DNA from: Lytechinus pictus
Taxonomy: Eukaryota
Direction: 5' to 3'
DNA: 64,000 bases
Assembly: GCF_037042905.1 (NCBI RefSeq)
Contig: NC_087252.1
Coordinates: forward strand, 28,148,001-28,212,000
Shown: one piece after another, positions 37,607 to 50,991 of the stretch
Position numbering within the stretch: the first letter of the stretch is position 1
Layout of the letters: each line of letters opens with the position of its first letter
The notes under the pieces: model-generated
Seen by the model: only the letters and a program-made list of their open reading frames with translations
Databases searched by the model: none
What the model was told of the DNA's origin: nothing
Made by a program: the position numbers and the translations under genes

Positions 37607-38353
37607 CAATTCTCGCTACCCCAAATAGCGATTTCGTCGAGATCCGGGAAAATCCCTGTAACGCGCATTGCATTATGGGATAGCTTTTTCGGTATTACAA
37701 CTTCCTTTTCGGAAGTCCAATGCACTGTTTTGCCATTCAGATCAACAGTGCCGTCATGCACAACAACACAACGTAGCTTTCGCTCGGAAAGTTCGTGATC
37801 ACAACCCTCTCTTTCACGATACAGTTTAACGGCCTTTTCTGCTAAAGTCACTAATTCTACCTGACGCTTTCCATTGCACGGTATTCCTCTGTCAGTTAAG
37901 ATTTTTTTTAAGTTCCGAAACTGATTTTTTATCCATTTTGTGGTCGACGAAAAATTGAACGGAATGAACGCTGTATATATTTAGCGTCTAGTCGAATACG
38001 ACCGTAATGTCAGGCCGGTCGCTTAATGCAAAATTTTAAGATATTCATTTTTTGTTTAATTTTTTATAACCTAATAAAAACATGAATAAAAATTATTTTC
38101 CCGTGAAATACATTTTTTTTTTTAATTCATAATTCAAATGGAATCAAAACTGACCAAATTAAATAAAAAGTATTATAATCTGTACATATTACGCTGATTG
38201 GCATCGATTTCAGCGTGGTGGAAAACTCGGTATCACGAACCTCGCGCGAGCATGACTCTGAACCGGAAGTGGTGATGACGACCCGACGAAGTGAAAATTA
38301 TCTCGTCTCGCGCATTATGAGATTTTTGTTCCTATTTGGGGTAGCGAGAATTG
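37607..38353 (-). mobile_element. Internally deleted DNA transposon with 22-bp TIRs, carrying a SAP-domain gene relic
   Basis: Perfect TIRs CAATTCTCGCTACCCCAAATAG / CTATTTGGGGTAGCGAGAATTG. From ATG 37936 the minus strand reads MDKKSVSELKK/ILTDRGIPCNGKRQVELVTLAEKA, with one frameshift in an A-run. Confidence 0.65.
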
Positions 38354-39154
38354 CTTACTCCATTCTTAGTCAACTTCCACTCCACACAAATACAGTGGAT
38401 ACAAAGATTTCAGATCTCTGTCACTTGATGCTGAACAAATTCATATGCTGCAGTCATACCATTGAAAAAAAGCCCAGACCAGCAGGAGCTATTACATTAT
38501 TACCACTGACACACCATAAGTCGGTTAGGAGTCAGTTTTGTTGGTGTGGCCAGGGCATCACTCGCCTATATGTCACAGATTCTGTCACAATCATTACAAA
38601 CCATGCATCATCATTAATGATTCACCCTACATATTGATACCCAGCATCAGTTAGACTTGCACTCCTAGGTGTTTTGACAATGCTGCTGATGAATCACCAT
38701 GCGTTGTGTCTTTGTTTATGGTTCGCTGTTAGCAGTGAGTCACCTGGTACACAAGTCTAATTGAGGGAAGACTCATGGTTTTGTTAATGTTTTTTAAGAA
38801 CAAAGGGTTGGATGTTTTTGTTGTAACCATCACAAAATTATACCCATTTTGCAAAATAACATGGAAAATATTTTTCTCTTTTCCAAGAGCTTCGTCATTA
38901 AAGCTTCTGTACCTGATATTATCCCAACAGAACATATTTAATAAAATATTGCTTGATTATTTATCTGCATACCGATTAAAAGCTTATTAAGCTATTCACT
39001 GGCAAACCATAAGTTAGTTAGTTATTTAGTCAGTCAGTCAGTCAGTCAGTTAGTTCGTTTGTTACTAGCTGTCATTAGCTATGTATTTCTGTGAGAGCAG
39101 AGAGAACAGTTCATTTATAGAGATGCAGTTGCTGCCTTTGGTATATATGTATTT

Positions 39155-39470
39155 TGACGATGATGATGACGTTGATCCTGATGATTATCACTATTATTAT
39201 TATTATCATTTTCATTAGCATTATCATCATTATTACTCATTTCATTATCATTACCATTACCATTATCATTATTATTATTACTACTTTACCATTATCATTA
39301 TTATTACTGTCATTATCATTAGCATTATCGCTAAAGGAGTTAATCTGTTGTCTCACGATAAAGCAAACTGTTATTGCGACATTTCATTATCGTTATCCTC
39401 ATCATCATCATCATAAATCATCACCATAATCAATATCATTATTAATTATTAATATCATTATTATTATCAT
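39155..39470. repeat. (ATT/ATC)n trinucleotide low-complexity tract next to a SIK donor site
   Basis: Direct inspection; similar tracts at ~40755-40887, 41217-41300 and 57440-57590. Confidence 0.85.
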
Positions 39471-39474
39471 TCTA

Positions 39475-39768
<294 letters not shown>

Positions 39769-39868
39769 TTATCAGTGAGTTTGCGTTTGTTCACTGAGAA
39801 AAGAATTAATTTTAAATGACTTATTATACAGTCCTTTCCCATGAGCAACATCAAAATTTTCGCTTTTC

Positions 39869-40161
39869 AAATAATAACAAAAATAATAATAGGCATTTAT
39901 ATGGTGCCATCTATCTAGAAATATTCTATTCCGAGGCGTGTTGTTATTATTATTATTACCCCAGCTTTAGCTCGAGCTGCCTTTCAGCGCTCATGCATTC
40001 AAGGAATTAATCCTGCCGGGTACCCATTCACCTCACCTGGGTTGAGTGCAGCACAATGTGGATAAATTTCTTGCTGAAGGAAATTACGCCATGGCTGGGA
40101 TTCCAACCCACGACCCTTTGTTTCAAATTCAGAAGACTAATCCACTGGGCCACAACGCTCC
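39869..40161 (-). mobile_element. Full-length tRNA-derived SINE
   Basis: Minus-strand head GGAGCGTTGTGGCCCAGTGG...GGTTGGAATCCC, shared central domain, (TTA)n tail. Confidence 0.88.
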
Positions 40162-40887
40162 ACGTTGAAATTCACATTTCAATTTTCAAATTTCTTTTTT
40201 TTTCCAAATTTCATTCTTCATATATACTGTAAACACAATCTCCATATTCTGTCTGCCTGCCATGAGGAGCACACACCTTCGTACATGTACAATATTCTGA
40301 GCTACATTCATTCATATCCTTCCAATTTCAATCGAGGGGTGAAAATGTGTATCCCTGTTGTAGGGCAATGATATAGAAAGAGGTTTGGGTTGGGGCACAA
40401 ATTTGTCTCCACCTTACATGTAAATGCATCTAAAAAAATTACCTTCAATACCTTTTGATGCACTTGCCATTAAAGTACACACTAACCCTTGACCGAAAGA
40501 AAGCCAGAAAGACCATAGTTACGAGCAGATCACTTCGCAGCTAACTAGATTACCACCTACTACCTCCGGAAATGTGGAATTGATTTCTACAAGGTGGAGT
40601 TACATCCCCCTCATTGTACATGCACCTCACACAGTAATGTCATGGTATGTGGAAGCCGTTCATGATTGTTAAGGTATGGTAGGGTTGGTGTTTAGTTGAT
40701 GGTGCTGTTATTGATGATGTTTTCTATATTCAGCAGAATCAGTATCATCAGCTCCCATCATCATCATCAGCACCATCATCATCATCAATATTGACATCAT
40801 TATATTATTACCTTCCATTATCATTATCATTTCCATTGTTATTTCCGATGTCATTGTTAAATGTTATTGTCTTTTTTCATTACCATC

Positions 40888-41216
40888 NNNNNNNNNNNNN
40901 NNNNNNNNNNNNNNNNNNNNNNNNNNNNNNNNNNNNNNNNNNNNNNNNNNNNNNNNNNNNNNNNNNNNNNNNNNNNNNNNNNNNNNNNNNNNNNNNNNNN
41001 NNNNNNNNNNNNNNNNNNNNNNNNNNNNNNNNNNNNNNNNNNNNNNNNNNNNNNNNNNNNNNNNNNNNNNNNNNNNNNNNNNNNNNNNNNNNNNNNNNNN
41101 NNNNNNNNNNNNNNNNNNNNNNNNNNNNNNNNNNNNNNNNNNNNNNNNNNNNNNNNNNNNNNNNNNNNNNNNNNNNNNNNNNNNNNNNNNNNNNNNNNNN
41201 NNNNNNNNNNNNNNNN
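40888..41216. other. Assembly gap (N-run) within a trinucleotide repeat
   Basis: Run of n. Confidence 1.
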
Positions 41217-42695
41217 AACATGATAATGACAATGATGATGCAGGTGGTGGTGGAGATGGTGATGATTATTCTAATGGTGATGATGATAATGATGATTTTA
41301 ATCATTCATAATGGTGCCTGATATGGTCCACTTGTCAGTAAAAATGGTTGAATTTTTTTTACCTAAGAAATGTTTTCCCATGCCATACTGAGTTCATTTT
41401 CATTGACATCCCTTTGTATTTGCACTAGCTTATAATAATATAGGCCAGAAATTAAAATTATCTTGAGATTTAATGCAGTGGTTTATGGATGAGTTTAAGT
41501 GTGAGATACATACACATGTTTTAGGATCACATGAGAAGTTCACAAAGCAATTACATTGTTTTTCATTGATTTTTGTTAAAAAGTTTCTGGAAAGCTTGGC
41601 ATCTGAATGGCTGGGAGCAAGATGGTCAGTGGAAATTACTGATAAATCTTTTCATGAAACCCTCCAGGATGTGTGTCTGGTGTGAAAACGTATGTACAGT
41701 GCACTTATTTAACAACTTGGAGTCTTTTGGACGGTTGGAGAGCATTATTTAAGAACGGCTGAAGGATTGGGGAGGGGTATGAGAGGATGAGGGGGAGGGG
41801 TTGGTGAGAGAAGGGGTGGGGTAGGGTGGTGGGTAGGATGAGTGAGGAGAAAGGGAGAAGAAATGGTGCCAGATTAGGTGGGGAAACTGTGTCAGACAGG
41901 CTGGGGATGGTGTGAGAAATAGTTGTCATAGGCCACAGCAGGAGTGGGGAATTCAATTATAAGTTACATAGGATTGGAAGTGGGACATAGCAGTTTCCGA
42001 ACATCCCGCTGGCAGGACCGTGGGTAGGGAAGTGGAAAGAAAAGGGGGAGGGTCGGGCGCTGGTGTGCCACGTTTGAAAGCATGTGTGACCGATATGGAT
42101 GTTGCGGATGCAAAATGGTGTCCATGTTGATCTGCTTGGCCTACATACCCGACAAATATTCATTTCCAGACTATGAAAAGGAAAAAGAAAAAGAGGGGGG
42201 GGGGTGAGAGGAGGAAAGGGGAGAGGGAAGGGGTGCAATAGGATCGTTCACAGCTAGGGAAACATGCCCTTAAAAGGAATGTAAGAATATAGGCCTACAT
42301 GTCATTAAGTTTCAAGTTTTCAACCTATATTTACTGAAGGAGCTGATAGAAGAAAACAGACCCTAGCAATTGTCTAAAATCATCAAGGGTAAGACATTGG
42401 AAAATAAAAACAAACTCCAAATGAAGGGTTATAGAAAGAAAATAGGGAACCTGTGTAGAAGGGGAGTTTTGAAAACAAGAAGTTCAAAAGAACGATTTAA
42501 AGAATGAACAGCCTACACAGCATATACCCAGCAAAAAAACAGAGAGTAAAGAGACAGACAGAAATAGTGAGAGGGGGAGAGAGATGGAGGGAGAGAGAGG
42601 GAGGGATAGAGCATAAAATGCCTGCCTGGTAATTAGGCCAGCGCTTTCACGCCACGACAAAAGGCAAGGCCTGGTTGCTAACGTACCTGCCATTC

Positions 42696-42703
42696 TGACG
42701 TCA
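42696..42703. promoter_or_regulatory. Full CRE within an extended quasi-palindrome
   Basis: CTGCCATTC-TGACGTCA-ATGGCAG in a CpG-rich patch flanked by GA and CT tracts. Confidence 0.5.
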
Positions 42704-43877
42704 ATGGCAGTCATCGTGAGGCTATTGGCACGTGTGATATGATTTCTGCACGTTGCTATTGACAATCTCTATCTTCCTTGCTGCTGCATTTTCTCTTAGC
42801 TCTCTCTCTCTCTCTCACCTCTCTTCTTTTCTTCTATTTCTCTCCTCTCTTCTCTTCTCCTTTCTCTTCTTCTATTTTGTATTTCTCTTCCTATATTGTT
42901 TGCTACAACCCTCTTTCTCATTCTCCACCCCTTTTCCCCTCTATCTTTTCCTTTCTCTCCAATTTACTTTCTTATTCTTCCTTTCTCTCACTACCTCCAT
43001 GTGTCCATACCAATCTCTTTTTCTTTTATTTCCTTTTCTCTCCAATTTTCCTTCTTAAGCACCCCCCCCCCTACCCCATATACATATTAATTTCACCTAG
43101 ATATTTCATGTCTTATGTGCCAAAATTTGAAGGTAAGGGTACCTGAAAATCAATTTTAGTGGGCATCCTTAAATCCTTTTTTTTGAATAACATGAAGAGA
43201 ACTTGAGAATTTCGTTCACATTCTTCACAAATGGGAGCTACTGAACCGTTGTGAAAAACGTTGTTATGTTACATCCGCATTGTGATAACTGTTTTTAGGG
43301 TGTCAATTGCATTTGGGGAGATTCCTTCTAATTTCACTCCATTAATATGAGGTGTGTATGTATCAATGAACTGTCATGGAAGTCAGGAGATTGAATATTT
43401 ACATATATACATGTACATGCATGCACAATAATCAATGGTTATTATAGTTAGAGAAATCGGAGGACATTTTAAAGCAAAGTGTGCTTAATTTCTTACACAA
43501 TTCCAGGGCTATCATGTAAGTGCACTACGCAGGGTTTAAACTGACTTGCAAGGAAACAAAAGTTTAGTCAATTGCAGTGAATATTACAATGGAGAATCAA
43601 TATCTAGTAAACTGGCTATCGGTTTATTTAATCGCGAAGAGAGATTACATGATCAAGGCATCGCCCTTCCCCCTCTCTATCTGTATTTTTGTTTCTTTTT
43701 CTGTCTGTCTCTCTCTCTCTCTCTCAGTCTGTCTCTCCCTCCGTTTATTTGCCCGCGGTTCCCACCTCAGTTGCTATGAAGCCTAACTTGCCATCAGTTA
43801 TTTTATCGCAAAGAGCGATTACATGATCAAGGAATCCCCTCATTTCTCATCTCTCTCTCTCTCTCTCTTTCCATTTA

Positions 43878-44075
<198 letters not shown>

Positions 44076-44077
44076 GA

Positions 44078-44265
44078 NNNNNNNNNNNNNNNNNNNNNNN
44101 NNNNNNNNNNNNNNNNNNNNNNNNNNNNNNNNNNNNNNNNNNNNNNNNNNNNNNNNNNNNNNNNNNNNNNNNNNNNNNNNNNNNNNNNNNNNNNNNNNNN
44201 NNNNNNNNNNNNNNNNNNNNNNNNNNNNNNNNNNNNNNNNNNNNNNNNNNNNNNNNNNNNNNNNN
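44078..44265. other. Assembly gap (N-run) ~20 bp upstream of a SIK acceptor
   Basis: Run of n. Confidence 1.
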
Positions 44266-46874
44266 TTCTCTTTATACAATATGGCTGACTGAATCAATAA
44301 AGGGACCATAGAAGAAGTACATGAAAGCAAAAGTTCATGTAAATTCATGTCAAATCAACAATTGAAAAAATTCTAGTTTACCTAACACTTAGAAAGCTAG
44401 TGAATAGCTGTTAACAAACATATTGTAGGAGAATAAAATGTGATTAAATGGACAATATGAAGAGTACAGACCTATTGTAAAACAAGGTTATAGAATCTAA
44501 GTAAATTAAATCAACTATTTAAAAAGGAACAACATTGTTAATAATTGAGGGAAGAACCATGAAAAACATGTTATTGGGTAAGGAGCGGGGGTCAATAAAA
44601 TGAAGCTCACAGACTTATTCTGTCAAGGTGTGGCGTATAATTCCCTATAATTATTTATTTGAGTATAACAACATGTACCCGTACATTAGTTAAACTTGTT
44701 TGTTACTTATCAATTCATTTCCATGATCTGAAAGAAAAATTAAAGAGGGAATAATTTTCATGGTATTAGATCGCAAATTGCTCCACATTTTGTTTTTTAA
44801 TGCTACACAAAAATTTGTTTGTGTAGCATTTTTCTTTTACATTGGTCTGTACAGAAGATTTTTTCCAACAACCAGAAATGCTACTCAAACTTGAGATGTC
44901 AAATTGTCCCCAGCTAAAGATTTAACCTTTAAAAATATTTTCTAATTTTGAAATTCACCTCCTCATCTCCTCGTCTCTCCTTGATTTGTATTTGTTAACA
45001 CACTTGTAACATATACATGTATATAAATTATGATGGATCTTCAACAAAAAAGATCAAAGTAATAATCCTATTTAGCTAAGCTGGATACAGCTTCTACTTG
45101 TAAATTGAGTTTTAATCCCTTATTGGCTGTATTCACTATGCATGAGGGGTTCATGAATAATTCATCCTTCTTATGAATATGCATCCCTCTCATGAATATG
45201 CATCATTTGTGTACTGCATAATAAATTGTGTTTACAAGCAAAAGCAACCAGCTGTGTCTGGCTGTATGCCAGAGTGAATTATGCAACTGGCCTTGTAGGC
45301 TGCCCACTAAACTAGGCAATGGAATGTCCCAAAGTTGACCTCAAATGAGGACAAAAGGTCGTTATAGGTCGGATGTGTGAAAGGTGTCAGTGCTAAGTGA
45401 TTGTTAGGAATGACAGTGAAGGGATGAAGACACAGAGAGAGAGAAAGAGAGAGAGGGGGAGGGGAGGGGACAGTGATGTCAGGCAAAATGATGTATTGCG
45501 TGTAGTGATTGGATAGATAAGGAGAGATGAGGGTGGGGATGGGGAGATAAAGAGCAAGACTGGAGAGAGAGAGAGTTAGAGAGTGGGACAAAGAGAGTTA
45601 GAGATAGAAAGACAGGGAATAGAGGGAGATACATGTATGTGCAGAGACAGGAACAAGACAAAATGAGAGAAGGAAAGATAAAGAGAAAGAGAGACACACA
45701 CACACAGCCAGACAGACAGAGACATCTATTAGAAACATTGAGAGATGGAGAGAGACAATCAGAGACAAAGAGGGAAAAGACAGAGATGGAGGGTTAAAAA
45801 TGTAGACTAGTGAAACAAACTTTCAATACAAAAAAAGGCTTATATATTAAAGCCCTGACCTACAGAGAGATTTATTGAAATATAGAATCATATGATGGAA
45901 AGCTACAAATTGGTCAAAATTTTCTGTATACAGAAAGATAAGCTGTACGCTATATAGATTCCTGGAAAGAAGGATAGATAAATAGATAGACAGATAGAAA
46001 TGATTCGTCCCGAGAGAGCATGGGAGCGTTGACTTGGAAGGAATTCCAACCACCTTCCAGCGTGCGTCACATTAACGTTGTAACCAAAGAAGAGCCTGCA
46101 TGCAATGTGGGGCAAACATTATACCCCCACCCATACATGCCACAGCCAGCCCAGTAACTCAAGCCACCAGTCTACCTGGTTGACCTCTTTGCAGGGGGTC
46201 TTCCAGAAGGTCCTAACAGACATCCCTGTGGGATTTCAACAATTTAAAATTCAGTCGATTTTCCTCGGAAGTTGCACGTTCCTGCTTCTGTATTTTCCCT
46301 TTCAGAATACACATGTAGCCAGATGTTTAAAGGCAAGGGTTCCTGGTATACATTTATCTTTGATTTTCAATGTAATGATATCAACATGAAGGAAAAATGT
46401 CATACAACGGGTCGTGCAGGAGATTCACCCAAAATAAGGCAGGATTGCCGAATAATGCCTCTGAGCTGAACCGAGGCATTTAATGTCTGATAAATCTAAT
46501 ATCTACTGCTAGAATTGTACAATTTTAGGCTTTTGTAGGCATACATGTAGGCCTATATCATTTAAACTGGTATGGAGCTATATGTGTTTTATAGCTCCAT
46601 GTTTAAACTATGTACATGTACATGTATGAGCATGGAGCTCTGCCTAGTAGCTCCATTGTATGCAGGGAAACCATCATTCAGTGTGTACAAACGTCACAGT
46701 CGAGCATGAGTTCAAACACACAACCCTGGAAGGCAACTTTGCAAGGGGTCTTCAAAACATATTTGCAGACTTGTATCACTGCTAGGAGACCTTAGCTCTA
46801 CGGTGTCTAGTGTAGGAAGAAAGGCAGTACTATGATAGGAAAAACAAACGTCTTCTCCGGTTTATTTCGCTATA

Positions 46875-47272
46875 GGGTACCGTAGTGTGGAATCATCAAG
46901 TTTCCCTTTTTGCATTTCAGCGTTTTTTATACCGTAGTTTGGTAGAGCACGATGAAATACCCCCACAACCCAAAGTTGGTGGGAATCGGTCCAAGGGAGC
47001 CTTGAATATGACCTCAGGCTCATGAAATACATAATTAGCCCCAATGAAATCAATGTATTATTGGTCTGGTTCTAAATGTTAGGAGCCAGGCCAATAATAC
47101 TTTGACTTCAATGGGGCTAATTATGTATCCATGAGGTCATATCTAAGGCCCCCATGGACAAATTTCCCACCAAAATTGGGTTGTGGAGGTATTTCATCAT
47201 GCTCTACTAAAATAAAGTATTAAAAACGCTGAAATGCATGAAAAAATTAGTGACGTCATCATTTCGGTACTC
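46875..47272. mobile_element. Whole-length foldback (palindromic) MITE
   Basis: TATA|GGGTACCG...CGGTACTC|TATA. The ~200-bp arms are complementary around a centre near 47075. It carries TGACGTCA at 47251. Confidence 0.8.
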
Positions 47273-48093
47273 TATAGGAATGACAAGGGGATAAGCCAAA
47301 GAAATAGAAAGCAGTTTGTCAATGGTGTGGCTATCGCTTCATTTCTATGATCAGTATCTTGCTCCAAGTTGTGTACACACAGGCCTACATATTATTGGTA
47401 AAAACTGAATATTATTATTCATATTCAGCATTATTGCATTAAATCTACAATGGAGTTTAATATCACAGACTACCCTGACACCCCTTGGATGCAATGATAT
47501 TGGAGTTTTAAGTGTGGAGTCTAATGTATGACCTCAAACGCTGCTTGTATTCAGTGCACTACACAGGTTAATCAGGCACAGTGGTATTATGTGATATTTC
47601 ATTTTCACAAGGCCAATATACCAGAGTTCAAACTAAATATGATGCAATGCTTTAGATTTGAGTTTTGAACTTGATGGTCATAAATGGTAACATCTGTGTG
47701 AAAGCAATCACAATGTCCACAGCCTAGATTGTATGTAGGCCATTGCCCTAAATGTAGGCCTATACATGAAAAGGGCATATTTATGCAGTTTATTATTTGC
47801 TTCTGTGTCCCAGCTATATGGGATTAAAACAATAATAACCAGCCCCTATTAAAGGTTATTCTAGTGAAAGGTCAGGCAACCATTTTATTTGGGGCCCATA
47901 TTGCTATCCTGTCACATAGTGTCCCACGGTGTGCCCACACTGTGGTATAGAGTGTGAAATCACCTCCACACGGTGAAGGTGCTCAAATTGAACACTTTCG
48001 CAAAGTCTACACTATGTGAATACGTGGTGAATATTCACGCCGAAGGTGTCAACGGTGTAAAATTATCTACACACTGTTGAAGTAAATCCTTGT

Positions 48094-48371
48094 AGGTGGA
48101 TTAAGGCTCAGTGGATAAGTCAAGTCTCCGGACTTTGAATCACAAGGACCGGGGTTCAAATCCCACCGCAGCAATTGCGTCCTTTGGCAAGGTGTTTATC
48201 TACATATTTGCCACTCTCCACCCAGGTGTAGTAAATGGGTACCCGGTAGAAAGGAATTCCTTGAATGCCCGATGTGCCTTCTCAGGAAAGCCGTGCTAAA
48301 GCTAGGGAAATAGTATGCAGCACTTAGACACATTTCTATTATTGCGCTATATAAATGTGCATATTATTATT
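48094..48371 (+). mobile_element. tRNA-derived SINE (different head and tail subfamily) inserted in the minisatellite element
   Basis: B-box GGTTCAAATCCC, CTCTCCACCCAGGTGTAGTAAATGGGTACCCGG, tail GCGCTATATAAATGTGCA(TAT)n. Confidence 0.8.
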
Positions 48372-48424
48372 AACAGAGTGAATCCCATCTTCACATAGTA
48401 TGCTAAATTGCTAATACACAAGTC

Positions 48425-48798
48425 TACAGTGTAAACACACAATGAATACACTGTGAACACACAAAATTCCACACTACGTGAACACACTGTGAATACTCAC
48501 GCCAAAGAGGTGCCCAGTGTGGAATTATTTTCAGTGTTAAATGTAAGCATTTTAAAAGTGTAAACACACTATGAACATGATCTGAATACACTGTGAATAC
48601 ACTGTAAACACAATGTACAAGTGTACACAGTGTACAAGCTGAAGCCTGAAGACATAGAAAACAAAATGGGAATAAAATGTGAACACACTGTGAATACATT
48701 GTAACACAATGTGAATAGGGCCTACACTGTGTACACACTGTAGATATACTGTGAACACACTACTGTAATTACACTGTGTTTACACTGTGTTACACTGT
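48425..48798. repeat. ACACTGTGAAC-type minisatellite, second locus
   Basis: Same units as 35186-35480. Confidence 0.75.
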
Positions 48799-50074
48799 GC
48801 TTTCCAGCTTGAAGAAAAGTAAATAGAGACTGAGCTTCAGATCATCAGTCAGTCCCACCACACCATGCAGAAAGCATCAGTTGAACCCGACCAAGTGAAT
48901 TAGGTCAGCGGGATCAACCAACCGTGTCACCGCAACACGTCATGTAATGAGCTAGCCATGCCTCTGGTCTGAAGAACTCTAACCCCGTTCACATTTGAAA
49001 TAAATTCCAGATTAATGGTAGATCATGGATGAACACGATCAATTGAGGCTAGCATACAATTTCAACTGAATTTACTGTAGGCCTATGAGGCTTTGTATAT
49101 CTATAGGCCTTAATGAATCTCAGAGCAAGTACTTAAAAGGCTATTACCCCTGTTAATATTGAAAGATGGGCCTATAACTTAAGCATGTCTTACTAATGAT
49201 GGGTGTTTGCCTAATTGTCTATCTATGATGTAATTCTGAACTAACCGAGTCTACCTCACCAAATGTAAATGAAATATCCCATGTATTAGTCTGAACCTAT
49301 TTTTTACATTGTTAATTCACTTTTATATCAAGCCTTTCTCATACCTGTCGCAATTGCATATTCATGAAATACCCCCCCTCCTGCATTAAATCATAGACCA
49401 TGGACCTTATGCCTACAGGCCAATCTCTGGTACCTGTCCGGGCCGGATGTCTCCCGCAGAACAGCAAATCCTTGCAGCTGATTGGCCGAGAGCAAATAAA
49501 TCATTGACAATAGTTTTCATAAAACACTTCCCGAGAACCTGGATGCACAGACCAATCTACCGGTAAGAACAGGGTATGATATATGTGTGTCGGGGGCCGG
49601 ATGTCTCCCCAAAGTTCTCTACTATTGTTACAAGCTACTGCAAATCCTTACATCTCATTGGCTGGGAGCAGAAGAGTCAGAGAAAAAAATCACTGACAAA
49701 ACCTTTCATGAAATGCTCCCTCAGCAGTACCATAGTCATAGACCAACGGACCTTATGCCTGGCTACAGACCAATCTACCGGTAAGAACAGGGCATTATGT
49801 GTGTCAGGGCCGGATGTCTCCCGCCAAATTCCCTGCATTCCAGACATGTCTCATCCTATGACATCCCTCCGCATCTCGGATGTAGAGTACATGTTACACG
49901 GACACCAAGTCAGGTCAAACCGCCCTCGCTCTGTTTGTTGTGAATGCGTTGACCGCCTTCCGCGTTAACCTCCGACGTCCAACCCCCGAGCTCCCCGCAC
50001 AGCCAGAGCGGCAGTTCCTGCCTGGCATGCTCTTGTTTGCGGAGGGAAAGGGGTTAAGATGCTTAAGTATGCAA

Positions 50075-50082
50075 TGACGTCA
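50075..50082. promoter_or_regulatory. Full CRE at the edge of a CpG-rich island
   Basis: gcaaTGACGTCAgg. Confidence 0.5.
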
Positions 50083-50697
50083 GGGAGAGTTAAACATGTT
50101 ACTTCTATAACCGTTAGATGGGGATGATATGTCTTGCCGACAAAACATTTATTGTACTAAATATACCCATGGTGGATTGACGATGAGGGCCAAGAAGGGT
50201 AGGCAATATTGGTTCTGACCCTCTTCTTCGGAATTCCTGGGATGATGAATCAGGATGTTATGTCCGTGGCTTAGGACTAGGAGTTGCCTCATGGTCTACG
50301 TAGAGGAGGGTTGGGGGTGGACCACATATCCAAGGTGCTACCTTGTGGGGGGGCTCAAAAAAGACACCAGTATTTTTTTCTTTTTTAATATAAAAAGAAA
50401 GAAAAAGAGACTCATTAAGCTGAACTTCATGAATGGAAGCATTAAAATTGGAAGGAGCACAATTTCAGGGTCTACTCTTGTCATCATAATTTTTTTCCTC
50501 AGGGTGCGAACTAGGTGAACACAGTCAGTAATATCAAGACTAATTCCCAATACATAGGAATAGGAGATAGAATAGAAGAAAAATACAACGTACCAATTAC
50601 CATCATGGTAACATCTCTAGACATATACAGAAAAGCAACTTCTACTGCAGACACACAATTGAATGGAATCCAATGTATGACTTACGTCAAGAGATAT

Positions 50698-50991
50698 TCA
50701 AAGGAGGATCAAAGAACAAAAAACCAGCAGAGAATCAAACTTCTCCCAACGGTTTGGCTCCATCTTTACAATGCTGTGCATATGCACAATAAAAGCAACT
50801 TCCTTTCGTATGAAAAAGAAACGTGTCAAACATGTTTTCATCAAATCAAGGAGGATCGAGGGACAAAAACCAGCAGAGAATCAAACTTCTCCCAACGGGT
50901 TGGCTCCATCTTTACAATGCTGTGCATATTCACAATAAAAGCAACTTCCTTTCTTATGAAAAAGAAACGGGTCAAATATGTTTTTTATCAA
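50698..50991. repeat. ~148-bp tandem duplication
   Basis: aaggaggatc...aaaccagcagagaatcaaacttctcccaacgg... occurs twice. Confidence 0.9.

Noticed and set aside
40791-41321. ORFs spanning N-runs (also 43875-44348 beyond the true exon)
   Set aside because: Artefacts of assembly gaps.
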